A stretch of 64,000 nt of DNA from an uncultured Thermoleophilia bacterium (GCA_963742135.1 CAVUKP010000012.1:4398-68397); one strand, 5' to 3'. Positions 26,796-36,379 are shown, counted from the stretch's first letter. The notes: generated by a model not told the origin, from the letters alone. Translations and numbers: made by a program.

Positions 26796-26885
26796 CCCCA
26801 CCCAGGGTGGGGTGTGAGCCACCCGCCACCCACGCTCATCGTCCGCCGCGGGTGCCCCAAGCGCAAGCTGTCCTTCGTGAAAAGT
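26796..26885. repeat. conserved ~90-nt element, copy A, in the 223-nt gap between the XDH small and large subunit genes
   Basis: It shares blocks with 34124..34213: CCCCACCCAGGGTGGGG, CCACCCGCCACCC, ATCGT, GCGCAAG and AAGT, in the same order and orientation. Confidence 0.5.
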
Positions 26886-26895
26886 CTGCGCCGAT

Positions 26896-27360
26896 TCATC
26901 CAGCGCCGTCCTCTGCGGCCAGGCGCACCGCGTCGAAGATCTTCGCGTAGCCGGTGCACCGGCACAGGTTGCCGGAGAGCGCCTCACGGATCTCGTCGTC
27001 GCTCGGCCCGGACACGCGCGCGAGCAGGTCGGCCGTGGCGACGACGAGGCCCGGCGTGCAGAAGCCGCACTGCACGGCGCCGGCGTCGACGAACGCCTGC
27101 TGGACGCGATGAAGCTCGCCGTCGCGCGCCAGGCCCTCCACCGTCGTCACCTCGTGCCCGTCCGCCTGTGCGGCGAGGACGAGGCAGGCGCAGACGAGCG
27201 TGCCGTCGAGGAGCACCGAGCACGAGCCGCACTCGCCCTGCTCGCACGCGTTCTTCGCGCCGGGGTAACCGAGCTTCTCGCGCAGCGCGAAGAGCAGCGA
27301 CTCGCCCTCCCAGCAGTCGGCCTCGTGCTCGACGCCGTTCACACGAACGCGAATCCTCAT
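26896..27360 (-). CDS. xanthine dehydrogenase (2Fe-2S)-binding small subunit
   Basis: C-terminal 154 aa of ORF 26896..27975. It contains [11 protein letters not shown] and CGFCTPG...CRCTGY. Confidence 0.9.
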   Translation of the reverse strand: MRIRVRVNGVEHEADCWEGESLLFALREKLGYPGAKNACEQGECGSCSVLLDGTLVCACLVLAAQADGHEVTTVEGLARDGELHRVQQAFVDAGAVQCGFCTPGLVVATADLLARVSGPSDDEIREALSGNLCRCTGYAKIFDAVRLAAEDGAG

Positions 27361-28187
27361 GCGGCCATCGTTCTCTCGAGCGCCCGCCGGGTCAGAACGC
27401 GCAGCGCGTGCCGGCGGTAGCGCGCGGTACCGCGAACGTCGTCGATCGGAGCGGCGGCCTCGGCGACGCGATCCGGAAACGACTCGGCTTCCTCGCGCGG
27501 CGCGGTCACGAGGACTGGCCGCGGCGCCGCCGAGCCAAAGGACGCGCGCAGCTCGTCGCCTGCCGAGACCGCAAGCGAGACGACCGCGATCACCATCGCG
27601 TTGCGTGGCCCGACCTTCATGAACGTCTGCGGCGCCCGCGACGGTCTCACCAGCACGGCGGTGATCAGCTCGTCGGGGTCGAGGGCGGTCCGCTTGACGC
27701 CGGTCACGAACTGCGCGAGCGCGATCCGTCGGACGCCGCGGATCGACGCGCACTCGACGTCCGCCCCCTCGACGAGGAGCGGTGGCAGCGCGTCGCCGGC
27801 CGGAGACGCGGTTCCGAGGTTGCCGCCGATCGTGCCCCGGTTGCGGATCTGAGGCGAGCCGACGGTGCGCGACGCTTCGGCGAGCGCGGGCAGGATCTCC
27901 CGCAGGTCGCCCCGCTCGATCTCCATGTAGGTCAGGCCCGACGCAAGGCGCAGCGCGCCGTCGTCCCGCGACCACCCGCGCAGCTCGCGCACCTCGTTGA
28001 GGTTGAGAAGCGCCGGCGGGCGGCCGTGGTCGAAGTTGAGCGCGACCATCACGTCAGTCCCGCCCTGGATCGGCCACGCCTCGGGCACCTCCGCCTTCAT
28101 CCGCAGCGCCTCGTCGAGGCTGTGTGGCGTTAGAACCTCCACGGCACGAACTGTACGGTTCTTCGTCAGTGGAGTCAGCCCTGTCAC
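27357..28187 (-). CDS. xanthine dehydrogenase FAD-binding subunit (CO dehydrogenase flavoprotein-like)
   Basis: 276 aa. It contains GGTDVMV and TIGGNL. The start is uncertain: GTG at 28187 or GTG at 28142. It overlaps the small subunit gene by 4 nt. Confidence 0.85.
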   Translation of the reverse strand: MTGLTPLTKNRTVRAVEVLTPHSLDEALRMKAEVPEAWPIQGGTDVMVALNFDHGRPPALLNLNEVRELRGWSRDDGALRLASGLTYMEIERGDLREILPALAEASRTVGSPQIRNRGTIGGNLGTASPAGDALPPLLVEGADVECASIRGVRRIALAQFVTGVKRTALDPDELITAVLVRPSRAPQTFMKVGPRNAMVIAVVSLAVSAGDELRASFGSAAPRPVLVTAPREEAESFPDRVAEAAAPIDDVRGTARYRRHALRVLTRRALERTMAA

Positions 28188-29863
28188 GGCGCCTCGCCGT
28201 CGCGCGCGGGGACGAGCCCGCAGACCTCGTCATCAGGGGAGGCAAGGTGCTCTCGGTCTTCACGCGCGAGTGGCTCGACGCCGACGTGGCGCTCGCGGAC
28301 GGGTGGATCGCGGGCGTCGGCGACTACGAGGGCGTCGAGACGTTGGACGCCGACGGGAGGTGGGTCGTCCCCGGCTTCATCGATGCGCACGTGCACGTCG
28401 AGTCGTCGAAGACGCTCGTCGACGAGTTCGCGCGGCTCGTGCTCCCGCTCGGGACGACGGCGGTCGTCGCCGACCCCCACGAGATCGCGAACGTCCTCGG
28501 GACCGACGGTGTCCACTGGCTCCTCGACGCGTCGGCGGACCTGCCGCTCGACCTCTACTTCATGGCGTCGTCGTGCGTCCCCGCCTCCGGGTACGAGTCG
28601 CCGCGGCGGGCGCTCTCCGTCGGCGACCTCGACGCCCTGCTCCGGCGGCGGCGCGTGATCGGGCTCGCCGAGATGATGAACTTCCCCGGCGTCGTGGCCG
28701 GGGACGAGCGCGAGCTTGCGAAGCTGGCGCTCGCGACGCACGTCGACGGACACGCGCCCGGCGTGCTCGGGCCGAGCCTCCAGGCATACGCGGCGGCCGG
28801 GATACGGTCGGATCACGAGGCGTACACGGCGGAGGAAGGACGACAGCGGCTCCGGGCCGGAATGTGGGTCCTGATCCGCGAGGCGTCTGCGGCGCGGAAC
28901 CTCCAGGCGCTCCTCCCGCTGGTCGAGGAGTTCGGGCCGTACCGGATGGCGTTCTGCACGGACGATCGCGAGCCCGAGCACATCGCCGTCGACGGGCACG
29001 TGAACGCGATCGTCCGCGACGCCGTCGCCTACGGCATCGACCCGATCGACGCGCTCGTCCTCGCCTCCCACAACGCCGCGACGTACCACCGGCTCGACCA
29101 CCTCGGAGCAGTCGCGCCGGGACGCCAGGCGGACATCCTCGTGCTCCCCGACCTCGAGCGCTTCGTCCCCGAGGTCGTCCTGAAGCGCGGCCGGCCGGTC
29201 GGCGAGATCGAGCGTCCCGAGGTGCCGGAGTGGGTGAAGCACACGATCCGCGTCGGCGCGCTCGGGCCCGAGGTGTTCCGGATCCCGTGGCGCGACGGTC
29301 GCCGAGCGCGGGTGATCGGCCTCGTGCCCGGCCAGATCGTCACGGAGTCGCTCGTCGACCAGCCGCTCGTCCGCGGCGGCGAGGCGCTCGCCGACCCCGC
29401 GCGGGACCTCGCGAAGATCGCGGTCATCGAGCGCCACCTCGGGACGGGGCGGATCGGCAGGGGCTTCGTCCGCGGGTTCGGCCTACGGCGCGGCGCGCTG
29501 GCGACGTCGCTCTCGCACGACGCGCACAACGTCGTCGTCGTCGGGGTGAGCGATTCCTCGATGGCGTTCGCGGTCCGGCGGCTCGCCAACATCGGCGGCG
29601 GCATCGTCGTCGTCGACGGAGCCGAGGTCGCCGCGGAGCTGCCGCTGCCCGTCGCAGGGATCCTCAGCGATGCGCCGCTCGAAGAGGTGGTCGCGCGCTC
29701 GCATGCGATCGTCGCCGCCGCGGAGACCCTCGGCTGCGCGATCGAGGCCCCGTTCCAGCTGCTCGCGTTCCTCGCGCTCAGCGTCATCCCCAGCCTCAAG
29801 ATCACCGACCGCGGCCTCGTCGACGTCGACCGGTTCGAGATCGTGCCGCTGGAGGTTGCGTGA
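28169..29863 (+). CDS. ade: adenine deaminase
   Basis: ORF 28124..29863. I prefer the GTG at 28169, because the longest form would overlap the divergent XDH gene. It contains ADLVIRGGKV, GFIDAHVHVESS and HEA. Confidence 0.85.
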   Translation: MESALSRRLAVARGDEPADLVIRGGKVLSVFTREWLDADVALADGWIAGVGDYEGVETLDADGRWVVPGFIDAHVHVESSKTLVDEFARLVLPLGTTAVVADPHEIANVLGTDGVHWLLDASADLPLDLYFMASSCVPASGYESPRRALSVGDLDALLRRRRVIGLAEMMNFPGVVAGDERELAKLALATHVDGHAPGVLGPSLQAYAAAGIRSDHEAYTAEEGRQRLRAGMWVLIREASAARNLQALLPLVEEFGPYRMAFCTDDREPEHIAVDGHVNAIVRDAVAYGIDPIDALVLASHNAATYHRLDHLGAVAPGRQADILVLPDLERFVPEVVLKRGRPVGEIERPEVPEWVKHTIRVGALGPEVFRIPWRDGRRARVIGLVPGQIVTESLVDQPLVRGGEALADPARDLAKIAVIERHLGTGRIGRGFVRGFGLRRGALATSLSHDAHNVVVVGVSDSSMAFAVRRLANIGGGIVVVDGAEVAAELPLPVAGILSDAPLEEVVARSHAIVAAAETLGCAIEAPFQLLAFLALSVIPSLKITDRGLVDVDRFEIVPLEVA

Positions 29864-31173
29864 TCTACTCGAACGCGTGGATCGTCACGATGGACGACGC
29901 GCAGACGGAGCACGAGCGCGGGTGGCTGCGGGTCGCGGACGGAGCGATCGCGGAGGTCGGTGCGGGCGAGCCCCCGGAGGCCGGCGACGATCTCCGTGGC
30001 GCCGTCGTCACGCCGGGGCTCGTCAACACGCATCACCACCTCTACCAGACGCTGACCCGCGCACGCGCGCAGGAGGCGACTCTCTTCGAGTGGCTCCGGG
30101 AGCTGTACCCGACCTGGGCGGGGATCGACGCGGAGATGGAGTACGCCGCCGCCCGCTGCGGGCTCGCGGAGCTGGCGCTCTCCGGATGCTCGACCGTCTT
30201 CGATCACCACTACGTCTTCCCGCGCGGCGTCGAGGGGCTCGTCGAGGCGGAGATTCGCGCGGCGCGGGAGCTGGGCCTCCGCATCGTCGCCTCGCGCGGC
30301 TCCATGGATCTCGGCGAGTCGGACGGCGGGCTTCCGCCGGACTCCCTCGTGGAGGACGTCGACGCGGTGCTCGCCGACACCGAGCGGCTCGCGGCGCTCG
30401 CCGACGGCGACTGGGTGCAAATCGCCGTCGCCCCGTGCTCTCCGTTCTCGGTCACGACGCGGCTGATGGAAGAGTCGGCGGAGCTCGCACGGCGACTCGG
30501 TCTCCGCCTGCATACGCACCTCGCCGAGACCGCCGAGGAGGACGCCTACTGCCGCGAGCTCTTCGGCTGCTCGCCGGTCGAGTACCTCGACCGGGTGGGG
30601 TGGCTCGACGGCGACGTCTGGTGTGCGCACTGCGTCCACCTCTCCGACGACGACGTGGCGACGTTCGCGCGCGCCGGCGTCGGGGTGGCACATTGTCCGA
30701 CGTCCAACCTCCGCCTCGGCGCCGGCGTCGCGCCCGTTCGCGAGCTCGTCGACGCGCGAGTGCGCGTCGGCCTCGGCGTCGACGGAACGGCTTCCAACGA
30801 GCGCGGCGACCTCGTGCTCGAGGTGAAGAACGCACTGCTGGTCGCGCGCGGTCGCGGCGGTCCGGGTGCGATGACCGCGCGCGAGGCGCTGCGGCTCGCG
30901 ACGCGTGGCGGAGCCGACGTCCTCGGCCGGAGCGACCTCGGCTCGCTGGAGCCGGGGAAGCGTGCCGACTTCGCCGTATGGAACGCAGACGGGCTCTCCT
31001 TCGGCGGTGCGGACGATCCCGTCGCGAACCTCGTCCTCTCGGCGCCGCATCGTGTCGAGCGGCTCGTCGTCGGTGGCCGCGACGCCGTGCGCGACGGCCG
31101 ACTGGTGCGCGCCGACGAGGACGAGATCGCCCGCGAGCACCGGGCCCAGGCGGCAAGGCTGTGGGCGTCGTGA
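29860..31173 (+). CDS. amidohydrolase-family deaminase (guanine / 8-oxoguanine deaminase-like)
   Basis: Last 437 aa of ORF 27997..31173. The GTG at 29860 overlaps the ade stop (GTGA). It contains GLVNTHHHLYQ, HTHLAE and GVDGTASN. Confidence 0.8.
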   Translation: MIYSNAWIVTMDDAQTEHERGWLRVADGAIAEVGAGEPPEAGDDLRGAVVTPGLVNTHHHLYQTLTRARAQEATLFEWLRELYPTWAGIDAEMEYAAARCGLAELALSGCSTVFDHHYVFPRGVEGLVEAEIRAARELGLRIVASRGSMDLGESDGGLPPDSLVEDVDAVLADTERLAALADGDWVQIAVAPCSPFSVTTRLMEESAELARRLGLRLHTHLAETAEEDAYCRELFGCSPVEYLDRVGWLDGDVWCAHCVHLSDDDVATFARAGVGVAHCPTSNLRLGAGVAPVRELVDARVRVGLGVDGTASNERGDLVLEVKNALLVARGRGGPGAMTAREALRLATRGGADVLGRSDLGSLEPGKRADFAVWNADGLSFGGADDPVANLVLSAPHRVERLVVGGRDAVRDGRLVRADEDEIAREHRAQAARLWAS

Positions 31174-31457
31174 CGGTCTCGACCCATGTTCTCGACACGG
31201 CAGCAGGACGGCCGGCCGCGGGAGTTCGCGTCGAGCTGTTCGCCCCCGACGGCGGCCTCGTCGGCGAGGGCGTGACCGACGACGACGGCCGGATCGGCGC
31301 GCTCGGCGCGGGCGAGGCCGGCGCGTACCGGATCGTCTTCCACCCGCCGTCGCCGTTCTTCGTCCGCGTCGAGCTCGTGGTCGAGCTGGGCGAGGGCCAT
31401 TACCACGTCCCCCTGCTGATCTCGCCGTACGGGTGCGCGAGCTACCGCGGAAGCTGA
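31170..31457 (+). CDS. uraH: 5-hydroxyisourate hydrolase (transthyretin-like)
   Basis: Tail of ORF 29670..31457. GTGA overlap start. It contains STHVLDTAAGRPAAGV and ends in the family signature YRGS. Confidence 0.85.
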   Translation: MTVSTHVLDTAAGRPAAGVRVELFAPDGGLVGEGVTDDDGRIGALGAGEAGAYRIVFHPPSPFFVRVELVVELGEGHYHVPLLISPYGCASYRGS

Positions 31458-31864
31458 CGGTCGACGAGCTCGCGTCGCTCTTCGAGGGCCGGACGCGGTT
31501 CGTCGAGCGGCTGGCGGCGCTGGACGACCCGCTGGAGCGTGCCCGCGAGGTCGCCCGCGCGCTCCCCGACGACGAGAAGAGGGAGGTCCTCGACGCGCAC
31601 CCGCCGATCGGCGCGCCGCCGTCAACGCTCTCGGCGCGTTCGGCGGCCGAGCAGGGGACGGACGAGGCGCCCGAGCTCGCAGAGCTCAACCGACGCTACG
31701 AAGAACGGTTCGGGTTCCGGTTCGTCATCTTCGTGAACAGGCGCTCGAAGGCGGCGCTCGTCCCGATCCTTCGCGAGCGCCTCGAGGGCACCCGCGAGGA
31801 GGAGCTCGACACCGCGCTGGACGAGCTGGTCTCGATCGCGATCGATCGATGGCAGCGGTCGTAG
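31433..31864 (+). CDS. uraD: 2-oxo-4-hydroxy-4-carboxy-5-ureidoimidazoline (OHCU) decarboxylase
   Basis: Tail of ORF 30905..31864. It contains DAHPPIG, YEERFGFRFVIFV and ELDTALDEL. The start codon is uncertain; I use the GTG at 31433. Confidence 0.75.
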   Translation: MRELPRKLTVDELASLFEGRTRFVERLAALDDPLERAREVARALPDDEKREVLDAHPPIGAPPSTLSARSAAEQGTDEAPELAELNRRYEERFGFRFVIFVNRRSKAALVPILRERLEGTREEELDTALDELVSIAIDRWQRS

Positions 31865-33030
31865 CGATCTCCGACTACTGGTGGGACTGGGGCAACCTCG
31901 TCTTCCGCTGGCTGCACGTGGTCGCCGCGATCGCGTGGGTCGGCTCTTCCTTCTACTTCATCGCGCTCGACAACCACCTCCGGCCGCCCGCCGACCGACG
32001 AGACTCCGAGCGCGGGGTCGGCGGCGAATCGTGGGAGATCCACGGCGGCGGCTTCTACCGGATCGAGAAATTCCGCTTGGCGCCCGAGACGCTCCCCGAG
32101 CCACTCCACTGGTTCAAGTGGGAGGCGTACACGACGTGGCTGTCCGGGTTCGCGCTCCTGGTCGTCGTCTTCTACGTCCGCGCCGACACCTACCTCGTCG
32201 ACCCCGGCGTCCGCGACCTCTCAGGGGGAGAGGCCGTCGCGATCTCGATTGCCGGGCTCGCGCTCGCGTGGCTCGTCTACGACGGGCTCTGCCGCGTGCT
32301 GGCCCGGCGGCCGCTCGTGCTCGCGGCTTCCGTGTTCGCGTTCGTCGCGGTGTCCGCGTGGGCGGCCTCGGAGCTCTTCGCGGGACGCGCCGCGTACGTA
32401 CAGGTGGGGGCGATGGTGGGGACGATGATGGTCGGCAACGTCTTCTTCGTGATCATCCCCGCGCACTGGGAGCTCGTCCGGGCGAAGGAGGCTGGCCGCG
32501 AGCCCGACCCCGCCGCGAACGAGCGCGGGAAGCTGCGGTCGGTTCACAACAACTACCTGACGCTGCCGGTCGTCTTCGCGATGCTGTCGAACCACTTCCC
32601 GTTCACGTACGGGCACGAGCGCGGCTGGATCGTGCTCGTCGCGCTGATGGCGATCGGGGCGTGGATTCGCCATTACTTCAACCTGCGCCATCGCGGCCGC
32701 GACATCTGGCTCATACCGGCGACGTCCGCACTCGCGCTGATCGTGCTCGCGCTCGTGATCCGGCCCGACGACACGCTGTCGCAGGCCGGTACGGGCGCGG
32801 CACCCGCGTTCTCGGAAGTCCGGTCGATCGTCCAGCGGCGATGCGTCACCTGCCACTCGGGCGTGTCGGCGCCGCAGGGAGTTCGTCTCGAGACGGCGGC
32901 GCAGATCCGCGCGCGCGCGGCGCAGATCGACGAGCAGGCCGTGGTGACGAAAGCGATGCCGCTCGGAAACGCGACGAGGATGACACAGGACGAGCGCGAC
33001 ACCCTCGCCCGCTGGGCGGCTTCGCGATGA
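31849..33030 (+). CDS. puuD: PuuD-type urate hydroxylase (integral membrane protein with C-terminal cytochrome c domain)
   Basis: 393 aa. It begins WLHVVAAIAWVGSSFYFIALDNHL and has several TM segments. The C-terminal heme motif is CVTCHS, followed by MPLGN. Confidence 0.75.
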   Translation: MAAVVAISDYWWDWGNLVFRWLHVVAAIAWVGSSFYFIALDNHLRPPADRRDSERGVGGESWEIHGGGFYRIEKFRLAPETLPEPLHWFKWEAYTTWLSGFALLVVVFYVRADTYLVDPGVRDLSGGEAVAISIAGLALAWLVYDGLCRVLARRPLVLAASVFAFVAVSAWAASELFAGRAAYVQVGAMVGTMMVGNVFFVIIPAHWELVRAKEAGREPDPAANERGKLRSVHNNYLTLPVVFAMLSNHFPFTYGHERGWIVLVALMAIGAWIRHYFNLRHRGRDIWLIPATSALALIVLALVIRPDDTLSQAGTGAAPAFSEVRSIVQRRCVTCHSGVSAPQGVRLETAAQIRARAAQIDEQAVVTKAMPLGNATRMTQDERDTLARWAASR

Positions 33031-33627
33031 CGTTCCTGCTCCTCGCGCTGGTCGTGATCGTGACGCCGGGGCAGGACACGGCGCTCACGCTCCGCAACTC
33101 GCTCGTCGGTGGTCGCGGCGAGGGGGTGGCAACGGCGGTCGGCGTGGCCGTGGGTCAGGCGACGTGGGCTCTTGCGACAGCGGCCGGGCTGGCCGCGATC
33201 GTCGTCGCGTCCGAGCCGGCGTTCGTGGCGCTGCGCGTCGTCGGCGCCGCGTACCTGATCTGGCTCGGTGCCCGGTCGCTGATCGCAGCGTCGGCGCCGG
33301 TCGCCGTCCGACGATCCGACGCCGCGGGTGCCGCGCGTGCGGCGCGGTGTGTCGCGGCTTTCGACAACGTCCTTCCGGCAGGGCGTGCTGAGCAACCTCG
33401 GGAACCCGAAGATGGCCGTCTTCTTCACGAGCCTCCTTCCGCAGTTCGGCGAGTCGCTTTCCTCGTTGCTCGCGCACGGGGCGGTGTTCGTGGCGCTGAC
33501 GCTCGCGTGGCTCTCGGCCGTCGCCCAGCTCGGACGCGCGCTCGCGCCGTTCCGGCGCGCGGTGGCGGCGGTGACCGGCGTCGTCCTCGTCGCGCTCGGA
33601 CTGCGGCTCGCCTCCGACCCGCGGTAG
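33027..33627 (+). pseudogene. LysE/RhtB family amino-acid exporter with one +1 frame change near 33320-33385
   Basis: The N-terminal half (MTFLLLALVVIVTPGQDT...YLIWLGARSL) is in frame 33027. The C-terminal half (FRQGVLSNLGNPKMAVFFTSLLPQF...) is in the frame of ORF 33328..33627. The length of 601 nt is not a multiple of 3. Confidence 0.7.
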
Positions 33628-33636
33628 GTTCCCGGG

Positions 33637-34044
33637 ATGCTCGAGATCATCGCCGGCGGGATGCGGTTCGTCGCGCGTTTCGAGGATGAGCTCGCGCCCA
33701 GGACAACGGCCGCTTTCCGGGCGATGCTGCCGCTCGACGACCGCATCATCCATTGCCGGTGGAGCGGCGAGTCGAACTGGATCCCGTGGGGCGACCGCGA
33801 CCTCGGGATCGGGCCGGAGAACGCGACGTCGTACCCCCATCCGGGCGAGCTCGCGCTGTATCCGGGCGGCCAGAGCGAGACGGAGCTGCTCTTCCCGTAC
33901 GGCTACTGCTCGTTCGCGTCGAAGGCGGGCCATCTGTGGGCGAACCACTTCGCGACCATCGTCGAGGGGGCGGAGCAGCTGAAGGAGCTCGGGCGGCTCA
34001 CGCTCTGGCAGGGCGCGCAGCCGATCTCGTTCCGCGAGCTCTAG
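33637..34044 (+). CDS. DUF3830-like (cyclophilin-like fold) protein
   Basis: 135 aa (RFVARFEDELAPRTTAAFRAMLP...HCRWSGE...LYPGG.SETELLFPYG). Confidence 0.6.
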   Translation: MLEIIAGGMRFVARFEDELAPRTTAAFRAMLPLDDRIIHCRWSGESNWIPWGDRDLGIGPENATSYPHPGELALYPGGQSETELLFPYGYCSFASKAGHLWANHFATIVEGAEQLKELGRLTLWQGAQPISFREL

Positions 34045-34064
34045 CGCCTCTCGGCGGGAGGCGC
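34044..34064 (+). terminator. GC hairpin immediately after the DUF3830 stop (no U-tract)
   Basis: GCGCCTC-TCGGCGG-GAGGCGC. Confidence 0.3.
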
Positions 34065-34123
34065 GGCGGCGCCCCGCACCTGCCCGAACGAGACGTGTCG
34101 GGAGCGTCGCCGTCACCTTGTCT

Positions 34124-34213
34124 CCCCACCCAGGGTGGGGAGCACCACCCGCCACCCGCTGACATCGTGCGCGCCGGCCGGCCCGATGCGCAAGGTCCGC
34201 CGCGTCAGAAGTT
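34124..34213. repeat. conserved ~90-nt element, copy B, in the convergent gap after the nucleoside ABC operon
   Basis: It carries the same ordered blocks as 26796..26885. In both copies the block CCACCCGCCACCC is flanked by a 3-bp helix of different sequence (GAG/CTC in A, AGC/GCT in B). Confidence 0.5.
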
Positions 34214-34307
34214 CGTGCTTTCTCGTCCACACCCGCTCCGCCCGCGGCACGCCCGGGCGGCGCGACGCGCATTTCGCGCGCCGACGCGCCGCCGCGACAC
34301 CGTCGTC

Positions 34308-35267
34308 CTACCGCTCCTCGCGCACGTACGGCCGGCCCAGCGCCGCCGGCGCCCCGAGCCGACGCTTCTGCAGGCCCGTCGACACGATCACGAGCACCAC
34401 GACCGTCATGACGTACGGCAGCGCCTGGAAGAGCTCTGGCGCGATCGTCACGCCCCGCGCCTGCAGCGTGAACGGCAGCGCCGAGAACGCGCCGAAGAAG
34501 TAGGCCCCGACGAGGCACAGGTCGGGCCGCCAGAACGCGAAGATAACGAGCGCGATCGCGATCCAGCCCGCGCCCTGCGTCAGGCCGTCGACCCACTGCG
34601 GGGTGATCGCGAGCGAGAAGCAGGCACCGCCGACTCCGGCGAGCGCGCCGCCGGCGATCGTGTGCGCATACCGGTACGCCGCGACGTTGATGCCCATCGC
34701 ATCGGCCGCCGCCGGCGACTCGCCGACGGCGCGGACGTTCAGGCCGATCCGCGTCCGCGACAGGTACAGCCCGATGAGCAGTACGAGGAGCCAGGACGCG
34801 TAGACGAGCACCGAGTGGTCGAAGAGGATCGGCCCGAGGATCGGGAGCGTCGTCAGGCCGTCCGGCAGCGGAGTCGTGAAAGCGTGACGCGCCGGCGCGT
34901 CCGCGAGCTCGAGGTCGTTCCCGAGGTACGACGAGAGCCCCGCCGCGCCCGCGAAGATCGTGAGGGCGAGGCCGGAGACGATCTGCGAGGCGCGCAGCGT
35001 GATCACGAGGAACGCGTGGATCGCCGCCGTCGCCGCCCCGGCGACCATCGAGACGAGGATCGCGAGCGCGAGCACCGCGGGGCCGCTTCCACCGACGTGC
35101 TGGACGGTCCAGAAGCCCATCACCGCCCCGATCAGCATCATCCCCTCGACACCGAGGTTCAGGACTCCCGAACGCTCGGCGAGCAGCTCGCCGAGCGCCG
35201 CGTAGAGGAGCGGCGTGCCGTAGGCGACGGCCGATGCGGCGACGACGACGAGCAGCGAGTTGTTCAC
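34308..35267 (-). CDS. ABC transporter permease (BMP/nucleoside-type)
   Basis: 319 aa, polytopic, RbsC/NupQ-like. Confidence 0.85.
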   Translation of the reverse strand: MNNSLLVVVAASAVAYGTPLLYAALGELLAERSGVLNLGVEGMMLIGAVMGFWTVQHVGGSGPAVLALAILVSMVAGAATAAIHAFLVITLRASQIVSGLALTIFAGAAGLSSYLGNDLELADAPARHAFTTPLPDGLTTLPILGPILFDHSVLVYASWLLVLLIGLYLSRTRIGLNVRAVGESPAAADAMGINVAAYRYAHTIAGGALAGVGGACFSLAITPQWVDGLTQGAGWIAIALVIFAFWRPDLCLVGAYFFGAFSALPFTLQARGVTIAPELFQALPYVMTVVVLVIVSTGLQKRRLGAPAALGRPYVREER

Positions 35268-36379
35268 GCGGTCGCCGCCTCTGCCGGGGCGGCCCGCCGA
35301 CGAGAGATCCGGATCCGGTAGCGCACGAGCAGCTCGCCGCCGAGCGCGCAGAACAGGATCATTCCCTGCATCATCCCGACGAGGCCGGCGGGAAAGTCGG
35401 CGCCCTGCAGGGTGTAACCCGCGTTCTGGAGGCCGCCGAGCAGGACCGCGACGAGCACCGTCGCGAACGGGTTGTAGCGCGCGAGCGCCGCGATCACGAT
35501 CCCGGCGTAGCCGTAGTTCGCCTGCGTAAGGCCGCGCGGGTCCAGCAGGTGGCGGAAGTCGCCGTCCTGGCTCGCGCCGCCGATCCCGGCGAGCGCGCCC
35601 GAGAGCGCCATGACCGACAGGATCTTGCGGCGCGTCCGCATGCCCGCGTACCGGGCGGCCCGCGGCGAGTCGCCGATCACGGCGGCCTCGAAGCCGAACC
35701 GCGTCCGCGCGTACAGGAACGCGAGCACGATCGCCGCCACGACGGCGAGCGCGAAGCCGAGGGGAACGATCAGCCCGCCGACGCCGAACGTCGGCCAGCT
35801 CGCCGAATCGGGGAACGTCTTCCCCTGCGGGAACGTCCGCGCCTCGAAGGTCGACGTGTCACGCCAGTACGACTCGCTGTCGAAGATCAGGTACGTGAGG
35901 ATCAGCGCCGCGACGTAATTGAGCATCAGCGACGTGATGATCTCGTTCGTCGCGAAGAACGCCCGCAGGACGCCCGGGATCAGCGCCCACAGCGCGCCGC
36001 CGAGCGCGCCGGTGACGCACATCAGCACGACGACGATCGCGGTCGGCCAGCCGCCGGTGGCGATCGCGACGGCCGCGGCGAGGACCGCGCCCATGTACAG
36101 CTGGCCCTCGCCGCCGATGTTGAACAGGTTCATGCGGAACGCCGCGGCGGCACAGAGGCCGGTGAAGGCGAGCGGCGTCGCGGACACGAGCGTCGCCGAC
36201 ATCGCGCCCTCGGCGAGGAACGCGGAGTCGAACAGCCGGCGGTACGTCTCGATCGGGTCGTGCCCCGTGATGAGGAGGACAACGGCCGAGAGGAGGAACG
36301 CGACGAGGAGCGAGCCGACCGGAACGGCGATCGGCAGCCACCACGGCTGACGGAGCCGCCGTTCGATCCGGACCGTCAC
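35264..36379 (-). CDS. ABC transporter permease (BMP/nucleoside-type)
   Basis: 371 aa. It overlaps its neighbours by 4 nt on both sides. Confidence 0.85.
   Translation of the reverse strand: MTVRIERRLRQPWWLPIAVPVGSLLVAFLLSAVVLLITGHDPIETYRRLFDSAFLAEGAMSATLVSATPLAFTGLCAAAAFRMNLFNIGGEGQLYMGAVLAAAVAIATGGWPTAIVVVLMCVTGALGGALWALIPGVLRAFFATNEIITSLMLNYVAALILTYLIFDSESYWRDTSTFEARTFPQGKTFPDSASWPTFGVGGLIVPLGFALAVVAAIVLAFLYARTRFGFEAAVIGDSPRAARYAGMRTRRKILSVMALSGALAGIGGASQDGDFRHLLDPRGLTQANYGYAGIVIAALARYNPFATVLVAVLLGGLQNAGYTLQGADFPAGLVGMMQGMILFCALGGELLVRYRIRISRRRAAPAEAATA

Noticed and set aside
26796-26840. G-quadruplex interpretation of the GGGTGGCGGGTGG...GGGTGGGG tracts in the conserved element.
   Set aside because: - One inter-tract loop would be ~18 nt, and the tracts are also fully base-paired in a simple hairpin model.
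- There is no way to discriminate between the two from sequence alone.
- I mention it only as an alternative.
34135-34503. ORF 34135..34503 (122 aa), starting inside copy B of the conserved element.
   Set aside because: - The translation is Arg/Ser/Thr-rich with no motif.
- It overlaps the 3' end of the permease gene on the opposite strand.
- It has no RBS.
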